Below, piece after piece: positions 12,336-25,729 of a DNA stretch of 64,000 nt. The notes under the pieces were generated by a model. It made no database searches and was not told the DNA's origin. It was given only the letters and a program-made list of their open reading frames with translations. The stretch comes from Octopus sinensis (Eukaryota). How positions within the stretch are numbered: position 1 is the first letter of the stretch; each line of letters starts with the position of its first letter. Where the stretch lies: assembly GCF_006345805.1 (NCBI RefSeq), contig NC_043002.1, positions 68,014,001 through 68,078,000 on the forward strand. Reading direction: 5' to 3'. The position numbers and the translations under genes were made by a program.

Positions 12336-13408
12336 AAAACTGATTACTGAGGCACAGGCTACTGTTGATGAGAGTAAGTAGGAATGTTCATGGTTGGGAT
12401 GTCATTTCATCAAGGGTTTAGAGAGAATTAATTTGAAGTTAAGCAATAGCAGTGGCCTCCTCTTTAACCTCTTCCTCTAGTTTAGCATCACATGGCATTC
12501 ATTGCAGTAACACCACCACCACCGCCACCATCACCTCCTTCAATTATAGCAATGAAGTCTACTGATGCCTTCCTTGATATTATAGCAGCTCATCACCACC
12601 AACCATCATTGTCACATTCCCTGTCATCACTGTCATTACTATAACCACCACTACCACCACCACTACCACCATCATCATCAACAACAATAGCAACAACACA
12701 ACAACAACATCCGTAAAATTTGTCTAGAGGAGGAAGCAAATCTAGATCACAGATTCCATTTGCTAGAATTACATCTCTACACTAAATTAAATATAATTAG
12801 AGCACTCTTTAAACATAATTAATTAAAACAAGATCTTCAATTAAAAGTACTCTACAATAATTGGTTTCTAATTTTGGCACAAGGCTAGCAATTTCATCAC
12901 AAAAATATTTAAAGGTTACTTCAGCCTGGTATCTGGTGTCCCTCTCCTCACCATCATACAATGAGCTGAGGATTACAAGAGAGGAAGTGAATGACTTCCC
13001 ACAGAATTCCTCTGGGGAATCATCAACACACCAGCAGTCAGCTTTGCTTCTCTCTTCTTCTCTTCACACTGGCATCTTTACCTTTTAACCATTTTCTTAT
13101 CTATGGACCTCTTTGATTACTATTTTATTCTAGTGGACCCATCCCCATAACCATTCCACGTTTAAAAACTAGTTTTATAGATACTTCTTCCAAAATTCCT
13201 ATTTTGTTTCTCACAAATTAACTTGTGAATGTTGAGTTATGTAAAATATTAGAGAAAGAAATCTAGCTGTTTTTTGCAATAAATACACTGAAATCAAAAT
13301 TTTTTCATGAACCCTTAAAATATGACTTTAGATCCCCAGTTGACTATTTTGTTTGAATAGACTCCCACAAGATCTTATATGGACCCTGGTTGCAAACCAC
13401 TGTTTTAA

Positions 13409-13685
13409 CCCTTTTGATACCAACTTGCCAGCGACGTGCCCTTGTCCTATGATACAAATACAAACCCTTTTGTTACCATATTTCTGTTGAGATGCTCTGT
13501 GTTTCTTTCAATTAATTTTAAATATAACAAAGAATTTAATAAAATAACTTCGTTATCATTAAGCTTGTGTTAGGAACATAAATTGGGACTAATGTTTAGT
13601 GGAAGATTTTAATTCAGAACTTTTGAAAACAAGATATTTTACTACAGAGCCTGAGGCAGATTCAGGCAGTTTGGTATCAAAAGGG
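13409..13685. mobile_element. piggyBac-like MITE
   Basis: TTAA|CCCTTTTGATACCAA ... TTGGTATCAAAAGGG|TTAA: 15-bp perfect TIRs with TTAA target duplication. Confidence 0.8.
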
Positions 13686-13689
13686 TTAA

Positions 13690-13898
13690 CCAGTTCATTA
13701 TCAACCAGCTCTGGCTCAGAGTACAAATGTCTTGTTTTCATAAGTTTTGAATTAAAATCTTCCATCAAACCTTAGTTACAATTTATGTTCCTAACACTAG
13801 CTGAATAATAACGAAGTCATTTTACTAAATTCTTTGTTACATTTAAAGTAATTGAAAGAAACACAGAGCATCGCAAAATAAATACAGTAACGAAAGGG
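13690..13898. mobile_element. Second copy of the piggyBac-like MITE family, inverted, sharing the TTAA
   Basis: Reverse complement aligns with 13466-13685; ends gtaacgaaaggg|ttaa. Confidence 0.7.
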
Positions 13899-14144
13899 TT
13901 AAGAAAGAATGGATACATTATTGTTTGGATTCTCACTGTCCTGTGTGCACCCCATTAATCATTATTTGTTTGGTAGACATCGGCTGAGTTCTATAAATAA
14001 GAGCTCATGCTTTTGTTAGATTCATTAGTCTGGCAGTGTAGCTTTGACTGAGGAGACAAACAACAAATTTGAAACAAAGCAGAGTTTCAAAGTCCCCTTC
14101 CATTCATGAATCACATGTGTTTTGATGTTACATACCATCTAAAA

Positions 14145-14427
14145 CAATGGTTTCAACTGGCCCTTGGGGGTCCATTATAAGATTTTTTTGTTAAAATCTA
14201 TACTCTTTTATTCTTTTTTACTCTTTTACTTGTTTCAGTCATTTGACTGTGACCATGCTGGAGCACTGCCTTTAGTCAAGCAAATTGACCCCAGGACTTA
14301 TTCTTTGTAAGCCTAGTACTTATTCTATCGGCCTCTGTTGCCGAACTGCTAAGTTACGGGGACGTAAACACACCAGCATCGGTTGTCAAGCGATGTTGCG
14401 GGGACAAACACAGACACACAAACATAT

Positions 14428-14498
<71 letters not shown>

Positions 14499-14829
14499 AT
14501 ATATACATATATACAACGGGCTTCTTTCAGTTTCCGTCTACCAAATCCACTCACAAGGCTTTGGTCGGCCCTAGGCTATAGTAGAAGACACTTGCCCAAG
14601 GTGCCACACAATGGAACTGTACAGCCACTCCTACGCCTATGTGCAATAAAATTGTTATACTTGTACAATACACAAAATATTTTAACAATTCTTTTTATAC
14701 ACTTCTGATTAATATTTAATTATGAAAATATAATTGGATTTTTTTTAAACATCGAATGGCTATGAGAGTTCATCTGAATAATATTGGAATCAAAGCAATC
14801 CAAAGGTAAAAAATAGTTGAGAACCATTG
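14145..14829. mobile_element. hAT-like MITE with a nested family B SINE (14203-14640, minus)
   Basis: TIRs caatggtttcaac / gttgagaaccattg; 8-bp TSD atctaaaa / atcttaaa (1 mismatch). Related decayed copies at ~13085-13402 and ~15235-15420. Confidence 0.65.
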
Positions 14830-15489
14830 ATCTTAAAGAAGAGATATTCTCTGATGACAAAAAAAAACAAAACAACAACAACAACAGCAATAGCAGCTGA
14901 TATTCACATTCATATCTATCAGAACATGTTTTAGCTTTATCTTTTACCTTTTACTTGTTTCAGTCATTAGACTATGGCCATGCTGGGGCACCAGCTTAAA
15001 GAATTTCAATTGAACAAATCAGCCCCAGTACTTATTCTATCAGTATCTTGCTGAACAGCTAAGTTACAGAGATATAAACACCACAACACCACTTGTAAAG
15101 CATTGGTGGGGAAGCAACACACACACACACTATATATATATATATTATATATATATATATATATAACAGGCTACTTTCAGTTTCTGTGTACTAAATCCAC
15201 ACACAAGGCTTTGGTCAGCCTGAGGCATTTGTACATGGGTTCTCAACCATTTTATATATATGGACCCTAGTTCTATAAATGCTCCTTTCAAAATTCCTGT
15301 TTTGATTTTCACACATTCACTTGTATAGTTTGGACTGAAAGTAACACAGCTATTTCTTACAATAAATGCTTCTAAAGCAGAACTTTTTCATGGACCCTTA
15401 AAATACTACTGTGGATTTCCTATTTACTCTTTTGCATTTTCATGTTATATTTACTCAATTTTCTTAATTTTCAAAACATTACTTTAACA

Positions 15490-15648
15490 TAAGGAGTGGC
15501 TGTGTAGTAAGTAGCTTGGTTACCAACCACATGGTTCCAAGTTCAGTCCCACTGCATGGCACCTTGGGCAAGTGTCTTATACTATAGCCTTGGGTCGACT
15601 AAAGCCTTGTGAGTGAATTTGGTAGACGCAAACTAAAAGAAGCCTGTC

Positions 15649-15686
<38 letters not shown>

Positions 15687-15915
15687 ATGTGTATATATAT
15701 GTTTGTGTGTCCGTGTTTGTCTCCCCCAACATCGCTTGACAACCAATGATGGTGTGTTTACATCTCCATCACTTAGTGGTTCAGCAAGAGACCGATAGAA
15801 TAAGTACTAGGCTTACAAAGAATAAGTCCTAAGGTCAGTTTGCTTGACTAAAGGCAGTGCTCAAGCATGGCCGCAGTCAAATGACTGAAACAAAATTTTA
15901 AAAAAAGAATAAAGC
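15490..15915 (+). mobile_element. Family B SINE (antisense to the gene)
   Basis: Full plus-strand copy about 200 bp from the exon 3 donor. Confidence 0.85.
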
Positions 15916-16114
15916 TAATATGCTATTAGTATGAGTTCATACATTATTAACCTTCACTCATTTAGCCATCCTACTCATGGCTTAAGTTGTCAAGTACTAT
16001 GGGTGGTCTTGTCATTCCTGCTGGTAAACTTTGTGTCTAAAATGTGACTATTTCTCCACTACTCATATACACATACAAAAATAAAAATTTAACAGGCAAC
16101 AATATCATTCTTAC

Positions 16115-16198
16115 CTTCTTCATCAATGTTAACAAAAGTGGATGTCACAGACCGAATTGTTGCATAGGTAAAACCAAGTGGCATTTTTACTACTGGAA
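16115..16198 (-). CDS. SLC46: SLC46-family transporter, coding exon 3 (84 bp)
   Basis: ttttacacag| acceptor, VPVVKMPLGFTYATIRSVTSTFVNIDEE (SLC46-type IRS..S..V..DE motif), donor GAAG|gtaaga; phase 1-1. Not present in the ORF track. Confidence 0.88.
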
Positions 16199-16424
16199 CT
16201 GTGTAAAAGAATTTATAAAATGAAATTTTAAAATGTTTTGTGGAAAAATATAAAAATATTTCATAATGATTTGAAATTTCAAACTCTTAGAATTTCTGTT
16301 AGATTTTACATTATACATTTTTTGATATTATATATCTATGATAGAATAATTTTGTAGTGTATCAGGAATAAGAACTGTCAAAAAAATCTAAGCAACAAAA
16401 TTAAAGCAGAAAAATGTAAATAGT

Positions 16425-16978
16425 TATTCTGTTGTGTCTGGGGAGATTCATTTTCTTTTTTGCCTTATAATTTAACACACTCACTGGTAAAATTTCCACT
16501 TATTTCTTATTTTTATTTTCCTAAAATTTTCGTTGTGTCTTGTAACCTTTTCAATAGTCTTGCAACCTTTTCAATAGTCACCTGTGTCGGTGGCACATAA
16601 AAAACACCATCCGAGCGTGGCCGTTTGTCAGCCTCGTCTGGCACCTGTGTCGGTGGCACATAAAATCACCCACTACACTCTCGGAGTGGTTGGCGTTAGG
16701 AAGGGCATCCAGCTGTAGAAACACTGCCAGATCTGACTGGACTGGTGCAGCTTTCGGGCTCCCCAGACCCCAGTTGAACCGTCCAACCCATGCTAGCATG
16801 GAAAGCGGACGTTAAATGATGATGATGATGATGATGATGAAGACTATTGAAAAGGTTGCAAGATGTAATGAAAATTTTAGGAAAATAAAAATTAGAAATA
16901 AGTGGAAATTTTACTGGTGAGTGTGTTAAATTATAAGGCACAAAAAGAAAATGACTCCCCCCAAGACACAACAGAATA
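16425..16978. mobile_element. Palindromic (foldback) MITE with an RTE 3'UTR insertion (16579-16840) at its centre
   Basis: 16425-16578 and 16844-16978 are reverse complements at roughly 90% identity by eye; a family C fragment with (gat)n tail lies between. Confidence 0.8.
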
Positions 16979-17527
16979 TGTTTCAACACATGAACTCATA
17001 TAAAGAATCTTTCAAACCAAATCCAAAAACGAAATTTAAATAGTTAAAATTTTCAATTATATTCATTGTGTGTGTGGATCTAAGGTAGACAAAATGTATA
17101 AAGAACTACCCACAATAATCAAATCATAAATTTGTCAGAATCCAAATGACTATGGTAACCTTCACACTAAGGTGACCAAGCACATTTCATCCACTCAAAT
17201 TAGAGCCCATAAAGTATCAGTATACAAGTAACTTTCATTATATCTATTCCATCTGCTTCAAAAGAATTTCTTTAGTTCATAACATTTAGCCTTCAACTAT
17301 AACCATTATTTCTTGTATTTTTATGTTTCATTGAATGCATTATTCGCCCTGAAATCCTCCTTGTTATTATGATTTTGAAAAGATCAATGGCAAACTTTTC
17401 TCCAAAATATTTTTAGCATTACTTTTTACTAGATACTAAACATCTTTAAAAATTAGAGCGTGTCCTACCATTATGCTATTTTGTAGACATGTTTATTGTT
17501 TGCAATCCTCTCTTTTAGATTATTATA

Positions 17528-17746
17528 TTACTCTTTTACTCTTTACTCTTTTACTTGTTTCAGTCATTTGACTGCGGCCATGCTGGAGCACCACCTTTAG
17601 TTGAGCAAATCCACCCCAGGACTTATTCTTTGTAAGTCTAGTACTTATTCTATTGGTCGCTTTTGCTGAACCGTTAAGTTACGGGGACGTAAACACACCA
17701 GCATTGGTTGGAAAGCGACGTTGTGGGGACAAATACAGACACACAA

Positions 17747-17793
<47 letters not shown>

Positions 17794-17945
17794 CGGCAGG
17801 CTTCTTTCAGTTTCCGTCTACCAAATCCACTCACAAGGCTTTAGTCGGCCTGAGGCTATAGTATAAGACACCTGCCCAAGGTGCCATGCAGTGGGACTGA
17901 ACCCGGAACCAAGTGGTTGGTAAGCAAGCTACTTACCACACAGTT
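17528..17945 (-). mobile_element. Family B SINE (relatively young)
   Basis: (ttactctt)3 tail; many CpGs retained. Confidence 0.88.
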
Positions 17946-18859
17946 ACATCCTGTGACGTTATTTATAAGATATAAGGTGGCAAGTTGACAGAATTGTTTG
18001 TGCATTGGATAAAATGTTTAGCAACATTTTTCTGGCTCTTTACACTCTTCTGAGTTCACCACCAAGGTCAACTTCGTCTTTCCTGCTTTTGAGGTCAATG
18101 AAATAAGTACCACTTGGAGTGGATGTAATCAACTTACCCACTACCCTAAAATAGCAGTCTTGTGCCGAAATTTGAAGCAATTATCTGTAATTCTCCCACC
18201 TCACAGATCCTCTCATAGTGTTTATCCTTTCCAGCCAGGATATATCCGTAGGATCCCTACCCACCTAACCACTCACCAGACCCTAATGGCAAATTTCCTC
18301 ACCTCATGTGGCTACCACATTTGTCCCAAGTGACAACCCCAAAACAAAAGAGGTCCATGCTAGTCACCCTTCTGCTCATATGACCTCCCTAGCTCCTCTC
18401 CTTCTGGCAAGACTCATCAGATATTTTCCTGATGCCACTGACCCTATTACTTCCAGCCCGCCTCAGCCTCACAAACATTGACAAGTAAATACTGAACTTA
18501 GAGAAAAACTATTTATGCCTTTTATTTCCATTTATGTTAAAGCTCCTTCAAAATGTCTCCTTTATATCAACCATAAAGAACCCCTGGTTCCCTGACAGTC
18601 TACTTCACAAACTCTCAGTCATGAATATTTTATTTTCTATTTTGTTTCTTTATACATATTTCTTTTTTTGTTTGTATTTTATTCTTTTAATCTCATGGAA
18701 TTTACTGTAAAATTTCTTTTCAATAATTTATCATTGGAGGAAAAATTCTGAATTAAAATTAAAATTGAAAACAATTTATTGTGTGTGTGTGTGTGCGTGT
18801 GTGCGTGTGTGTGTGTGCACCTGTGCATGCTTCTGTGTGTGTGTGTGTATGTGCATACA

Positions 18860-19071
18860 CTTTTACTTGTTTCAGTAATTTGACTGTGGCCATGCTGGAG
18901 CACCGCCTTTAGTCAAGCAAATCGCCCCCAGGACTTATTATTTGTAAGCCTAGAACTTATTCTATCAGTCTCTTTTGCCAAACTGCTAAGTTACAGGGAC
19001 ATAAACACACCAGCATCAGTTGTCAAGCAATGTTGGGGGGACAAACACAGACACACAAACATATACACACA

Positions 19072-19110
<39 letters not shown>

Positions 19111-19250
19111 TATATATACGATGGGCTTCTTTCAGTTTCCAAATACCAAATCCACTCACAAGGCTTTGGTCAGCCCGAGGCTATAGTAGAAGACACTTGC
19201 CCAAGGTGCCATGCAGTGGGACTGAACCCGGAACCATGTGGTTTGTAAGC
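18860..19250 (-). mobile_element. Family B SINE
   Basis: Reverse copy. Confidence 0.85.
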
Positions 19251-19272
19251 AGTGCATGTGTGCATGTATATG

Positions 19273-19321
<49 letters not shown>

Positions 19322-19621
19322 ATGTATGTTATTTTAATAGCAATAAATGTAGACTGACAAATGTGAAGGATGAAAACCTTCTAAAAGGAATTTCCTTGAT
19401 ATGAGAATTGTATCAACAATTGTTGTGTATTGTTTTTTAATGTCTGAGAATTTTGGTCAATAATAAGAAAAAAAGAGAAGTACTGTAGACAATGTTTGGA
19501 ATGACAGCAGAGTTGTGAAGAACTTCAAATGAATAAAGGGCCTGCATTGTTCTTATGTTCTCTCATGTGAAATATTTTATGGAAAGAAATTACAAAAAGA
19601 AAGAAGAAAAAGCATACAAAC

Positions 19622-19864
19622 CAATGAATGCTGTTGTTATGTTTTGAGCCAATCCAAACATGATAGATCCAATTCCTTGAGCTGCAAATCCAACGAGACT
19701 CAAAGCAAGGTCATTCACTGAGAAACATTTCTTCAACAAAGGAAGAATGATAATCAATGTGAAGCCATACACAAAGTTCTGCAAACTAAAGAAGTAACCA
19801 ATTTGAGTCACTGAAGCAGATATTGGTGAATGGCGCAGGAAGAGCTGAATGATGGAAAATTCAC
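19622..19864 (-). CDS. SLC46: SLC46-family transporter, coding exon 2 (243 bp)
   Basis: Acceptor tttttcag| at 19865 in phase 1 completes Gly of GEFSIIQLFLRHSP...QNITTAFI. Donor ATTG|gtttgt at 19621. Confidence 0.9.
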
Positions 19865-20864
19865 CTGAAAAATCATAGAATTTGGTTCTATTCAGTCTTA
19901 ATTTAAACATATAGAATACATATAAAAGTTGTAAAAACTAGCATTTCACTTTCTGAACTGAGATTCAAAACTGAATCCAAGGATTCTTGCTTGCCTGATC
20001 CACCAATGACAGAACAGTTACAAAAGAAGTTTCTTTGTCCTGTCAAAAAGTGATGGTTTGATTTTCATTCGACCTCCAACCTGAACTGTGTCACTGAAGG
20101 CTCACTGGACAGCAGGTGACCTAGATAAGTAGAAACTACTCCTTTGGTATATCTATTCCTCCCCAACCCCAGGACGACCATAAATATGGTCTTGGACAGA
20201 TAGGTAGATGACTTGCGACAGGCAAGCAGCCAACAGGGAGCCACATAATTAGCATGAGCAAAGGAGGATAGCCAACAATACAACACAGTAGCAGAACACA
20301 AATAGAGAGGACAGAAAAACAACATGACCCAGCCAAATGACCAATGCACACACAGACAAAATATGCCATGTACTATCTCATCAAATCAACATTCTATTTC
20401 TGTTCTTTCTTTTTTATTTCACCAACTCAATGCAGTTGGTAACTTCATGAAGTGGCCTTCATTGATGTCGTAAATCAAGCTTTATATATCCAACACATAG
20501 ATGCAACTGTTGATGAAAGAAATTATTTAAACTACAGTCCAATGCTTTCCTCATTGTTTTCCTTTGATGTTGTCCAACACACCTATCTTCATCTGCTACA
20601 CCAATAACATACATTGAACCATCAAAAACACCTTTTGCTACACATCCCACTACAAAGTCAATCAATTAAGGTTTGATATTAATTTTACGTGGTGGGGAAG
20701 ATATCCGAAATATTAGTTGTAGCTACTATACTGTATCTGATCCAGTACCTTTGTGCATTGAATTGAAATAATTTAGGGCTTATATTTGTCCTTTATCTTT
20801 CTTAAAAGATCAAAGGTGCTTCCTGATCCATAGGTTTAAAAGGCTGACTTTCTAAGTTCTGGGG

Positions 20865-21050
20865 GATAAATATTCCCACTTGGACAGGATGCTGATCCAT
20901 TGCAGGATTGCTCATCTTTTCCAGCTGAGTGGACTGGAGTAATGTAAAGTGAAGTGTTTTGTTCAAGAACACAGCACATCACCTGGTCCAGGGATTAAAG
21001 TCACAATCTTACAGTCATGTGTGCAATACCCTTGCCACTAAGCCACATAT
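20865..21050 (-). mobile_element. Decayed tRNA-derived SINE (family V-like)
   Basis: ccagctgagtggactggag...gaagtgttttgttcaagaacac matches 54432-54680. Confidence 0.65.
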
Positions 21051-21179
21051 CTCTGCTTTCATCTCTCTACACTCATGAAAATCGACCATAGAGTGTGCAT
21101 CCTAGTTTTTGAATAGGTTCATTGGTCATTGGTAGATAGTCAGACGCAACTAAAAGAGTTGATTACAGGAAGATATCTC

Positions 21180-21515
21180 TTTTTTTACTTGTTTCAGTCA
21201 TTTGACTGTGGCCATGCTGGAGCACTGCCTTTAGCTGAGCAAACTGACCCCAGGACTTATTCCTTGTAAGCCTAGTACTTATTCTATCAGTCTCTTTTAC
21301 TGAACTGCTAAGTTATAGGGACGTAAACACACAAGCATCAGTTATCAAGCAATGTGTGGCGGTGAGGGCAAACACAGACACATAAATACACACATACATA
21401 TATAAATATACACATATATACGACGGGATTCTTTCAGTTTCCGTCTACCAAATCCACTCACAAGGCTTTGGTTGGCCCAAGGCTATAGTAGAAGACACTT
21501 GCCCAAGGTGCCACA
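21180..21515 (-). mobile_element. Family B SINE
   Basis: Reverse copy, CpG-depleted. Confidence 0.83.
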
Positions 21516-22427
21516 GGGCATAAAACACTTGTCTAACTCATGCTAGCATGCAAACATTGATGTAAATCAACACTACCACTACCACTGGTACCAATAACAC
21601 CACCACCAACAACAGCAGTAGCAGTGGCAGAGACAATGATGACTACAACAATGACAACATATACATACAGAATAATAAGTTTACATATGCCGTCAATAGT
21701 ATCGAAGGTTACTGGAGCATAACTTTTGCTGTTGGATTTCTAAAAAACTACGTTTAAAGAAAGCATTTTATTGCAATCATGTTGATTTTCAACCATGTAT
21801 AATTATAAGAAATTTGTTAGTCTTTTTAAGCAAGTGAAATTTAGATTCATTTAAAACTGCTTTTCTTAAGAGATCTTTTAATTGTATGCTTATTGCTTTA
21901 AACACTCCTATTTTCTCCACTGAGAATAATTTTCTTCTGTGAAGAAGGTCACTATTAAGTAGAAAATGAAAGCAGGTACATAACAGAACCAGCTAAGCTC
22001 TTAACAAATGCTTAGTGGTATTTAGATACATATTTTTCATGTTTCTAATTTCAAATCCTGCTGGTGATCAACTTTATATTTTATTGTATCTTTGGAAATA
22101 GAGCAAAGAAACTAGGCGCCAGTCATGTGCACTGAGGTTATTTAAATCAACCATAATTCCTTCAAAAATGTGTAGTCTTGTACTTATGAAATGCACTGTC
22201 TTTATTTTGAATAAATATATTGAAGAATTTAGTGAGATAACTTTGTCGTTATTAAGCTGGTGTTTTAAACAAGAATTAGCATGAAATTTTGATAGGTCTT
22301 GATTCAGATCATTTTAAAACTCAAAACTTGTATCAAAGAACCATTGGTGTCAGGTGGGTTGGTGCCAAAAGGAATCATTAGGAATCAATTTGAGAAATAC
22401 ATTTTGAAAACAAAGGTTTTTACTTAC

Positions 22428-23235
22428 CTTTTGTCATCAATATCAGAACAGATAAAATCAAAATTCCAAATAGGAGAACAGTCCGTGTGTTGGATTTTCT
22501 TTTCTGAGTCATAAATGTGTATAAACTTTTGATGTTCTCAATGAGGAAAATGCTTCTCAAAATCTTTCCTGTAGACTTGTCTGTCTCAATCAATTCTTCA
22601 ACCACAAATACAGTGTAAAATAAATTGAGAATGTTAAAAATACTGATTATACCATACATTGCTGTATGACCAAGAGATTTTAACATCATGCCAGCTACCA
22701 ACATACCAATGGTTGTTGATAAGAAAACCATGGATTCTAAGATTCCAAGCCGAATTGTACGGTATTTAACATCTGTTATGTGAACGATGTAGCTATAAAG
22801 TGCCATCATCATGACGATATGGCCACCACAACAACCATTTAGAACAACACCAATCAATAAATATATTACAGGGATGCTATCAAATGCAGAAATAATCAGA
22901 AAAACAAAAATGGCTGTGATATTGCCAACAATAGGCAATATAAGAACAATTTTACGACTAAATGCATCTCCAAAAGGACCAAGGAATAGTGCTGCAATAA
23001 TGGAAGGAATCAAAAGGGCCATATTAAAGTGCAGAACCCATTTAGAGGTCTGTACTTGAATGGCAATTTCCTCATGTTGGAATGATCCATTATTCAACAA
23101 AGGACAGCGATTTGAGTCAAGGGTTTTCAAACATGTTCTCTCATAGACCAATGACTGTAGTGTGATGATGTTCAAGCAATCAGAGAACATGTATAAAAAT
23201 AAAACAGGTTCGACAACATTCCTTATGTACACCAT
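22428..23235 (-). CDS. SLC46: SLC46-family MFS transporter, coding exon 1 (ATG at 23235)
   Basis: ORF MVYIRNVVEPVLFLYMFS...GPFGDAFSRK...RTIRLGILES... has multiple TM helices and matches SLC46/PCFT motifs. Acceptor ttttcag| at 23272 is followed by an in-frame TAA before the ATG. Phase-1 donor AAG|gtaagt at 22427. Symbol is family-level only; paralogue not assignable. Confidence 0.93.
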
Positions 23236-24629
23236 TATTTCTCCAGTAGTTCTGTGGGTCAAAGTGATTTACTGAAAATATAAAAAAAATAAAAGGTGAT
23301 GGTCAAAGTTTTTTTAGTTTAGTATTTGTATGTAATATTTGTACATAACATCTTAAATTTCCCTCTAACCTATCACAGCCACTACCTTTATCATTATCAT
23401 GATTATCATTAAATTTTTAAGGTCCATATTTCTATGAGCCATATCATTATCACAAATGGTATTGAATAATGAGAGAGATTCTAATGACAGCCATATGCTT
23501 GCAAGTAAAATAAGAAAGCAATTGATAATTAATCAGTGATAAGAGAGTGTGATGGATGTCAGGAATGAGTGACCTGAAGGAGAAAGAGTAGCAGTTAACC
23601 ATAAAGAAGGGCCGGTGATATTAACTGGTCTAGAAAAGCATGGGTGATGGATGGTCACGATGGTGATGGAAAGAGTGCAACCTGAGGGAGAAAAGGTAAT
23701 GATGGGTAACATAGGAGCGGGGTGCATCTGATGCCAAAGGATTCAAGGACAGAGAAGGGAATAGTAGTGAGATATTAGTCGTAAAGTTAAAGAGGAAGGT
23801 TTAAATATGGGCAGATCTAAAGTTTTCCACTAGTTTCTTTGGTGGCAAGGCAGAGTGAATAAGAGAAGAAATGATAGAAAGATGAAAGGTATTGAACAGA
23901 CAAGAGGGGCATTAGTTAGTAACATTTAAAAATTTTTATTGAGCCCTAGGGCTCATAATTCTGGATACTTGGTTTCTATGGTGTATAAGCGACCAAGATC
24001 ACAGCATTCTCTTGAACTGACCAACAGTTTGTCACAGGGATCAAGGTCAGCAATTTTGAAGAGAATGGACAAAACTGATTACATCGAGCCCCATTACTTG
24101 ACTTGGTATGAAAGGTAAAATTAACCTCTGTGATCTTTAGATATAAAAAGCCAGAAGAAATTCTGCCAAGCATTTTGTCTGATATGCTAACGATTCTGCC
24201 AAATTACTGCTGTTGATAGTAACTTTGAAGATTCAAATTAGCAAAGTACTATTAATATCCTGTTATTTTAATGTACATTTTGCCATGTTTGCATGGGTGA
24301 TCAGGTCTTCTCCAGCACTGCATATCACCAGTTATCACAGTCATTTGTCATCTCCTCAGTGAAATGCAACAACTAGACATCGTTCCTCACCAGCTCAACT
24401 TGAATCTTTCTCAACCTTCCTCATTCACTGGAACCATTCTCTTTCAGCACTTGGCACTTCCATGTGCAGCTGTCATCCTCCATACACATTCTGTCCAATT
24501 CCACAACATCTGATTCCACTTATACTCAGCTTTCCTCTCAGCCTATTCATAAATACTCTGTTATCCACACACACACACACTCATACCAACATGGCACATG
24601 TAGGGAAGTATATTTATTTTATTTTTCTA

Positions 24630-24961
24630 GGCGTAGGAATAGCTGTGGAGTAAGTAGCTTGCTTACGAACCACATGGTTCCAGGTCCAGTCCAACTACAT
24701 GGCACCTTGGCCAAATGTCTACTACTATAGCCTCGGGCCGACCAAATACTTGTGAGTGGATTTGGTAGACAAAAACTGAAAGAAGCCCGTCATATATATG
24801 TATATATAAATATATTGGTTGGTGTTAGGAAGGGCATCCAGCCGTAGAAACACTGCCAGATCTGACTGGGCCTGATGAAGCCTTCCAGCTTCACAGACCC
24901 CAGTTGAACCATCCAACCCATGCTAGCATGGAAAACGGACGCTAAATGATGATGATGATGA

Positions 24962-24998
<37 letters not shown>

Positions 24999-25265
24999 TA
25001 GATAGATAGACAGATAGATAGGTAGATAGATGGATATATATGTACATGTGTGTATATGTTTGTGTGTCTATGTTTGCCCCCCCCCCCCCAACATCGCTTG
25101 ACAAACGATGGTGGTGTGTTTACATCCCCGTAACTTAGCAGTTTAGCAAGAGAGACCAATAGGATAAGTACTAAGCTTACAAAGAATAAGTCCTGGGGTC
25201 AATTTGCTCGACTAAAGGTGGTTCTCCGGCATGGCTGCAGTCAAATGACTGAAACAAGTAAAAGA
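24630..25265 (+). mobile_element. Family B SINE with an RTE 3'UTR fragment (24815-24965) nested in its central microsatellite
   Basis: Head ggcgtaggaatagctgtgg, then family C tail with (gat)n, then the right half. Confidence 0.82.
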
Positions 25266-25294
25266 GGCTTTACTGTAAGTGCTTATATTTTTTT

Positions 25295-25495
25295 CTACTC
25301 TAGGCACAAGGCCTGAAATTTTGAGATAGGAGGCCAGTCGACTCCAGTATGCAGCTGGTACTTAATTTATTAACCCTAAAAGGATGAAAGGCAAAGTCGA
25401 CCTCGGTAGAATTTGAACTCAGAACATAAAGACAGGCGAAATACTGCTAAGCATTTCACCTGGCATGCTAACGTTTCTGCCAGCTCGCCACCTCT
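25295..25495 (-). mobile_element. Family A SINE, alternative-tail variant
   Basis: Same head and central domain as 575-804 but 3' end ...tcaggccttgtgcctagagtagaa. Confidence 0.75.
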
Positions 25496-25729
25496 TGTAA
25501 GTGTTTATATTATTGTATCTATGTCTCCAAGTGTGTGGACTGACTTGTATCAAACTTAATGATTACAGACTTTTAATCTTCAAAACCTGAACAGCACTGG
25601 ACTATGTGTCTCTGAGAGTACTTTCTACCACCAACCCTTTTAGTCATAAGTTCTCACTCACAAGACTGTAGCGTAAATTTAATTCAACCTTAAGTCTACA
25701 GATCATGAAGATAGAGCTACTTGAAATTT

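Noticed and set aside
20459-20665. Minus-strand 68-aa ORF as an extra exon between exons 1 and 2
   Set aside because: Exons 1 and 2 join in phase with a continuous SLC46 motif (TKG|EFS), and this ORF has no family resemblance.
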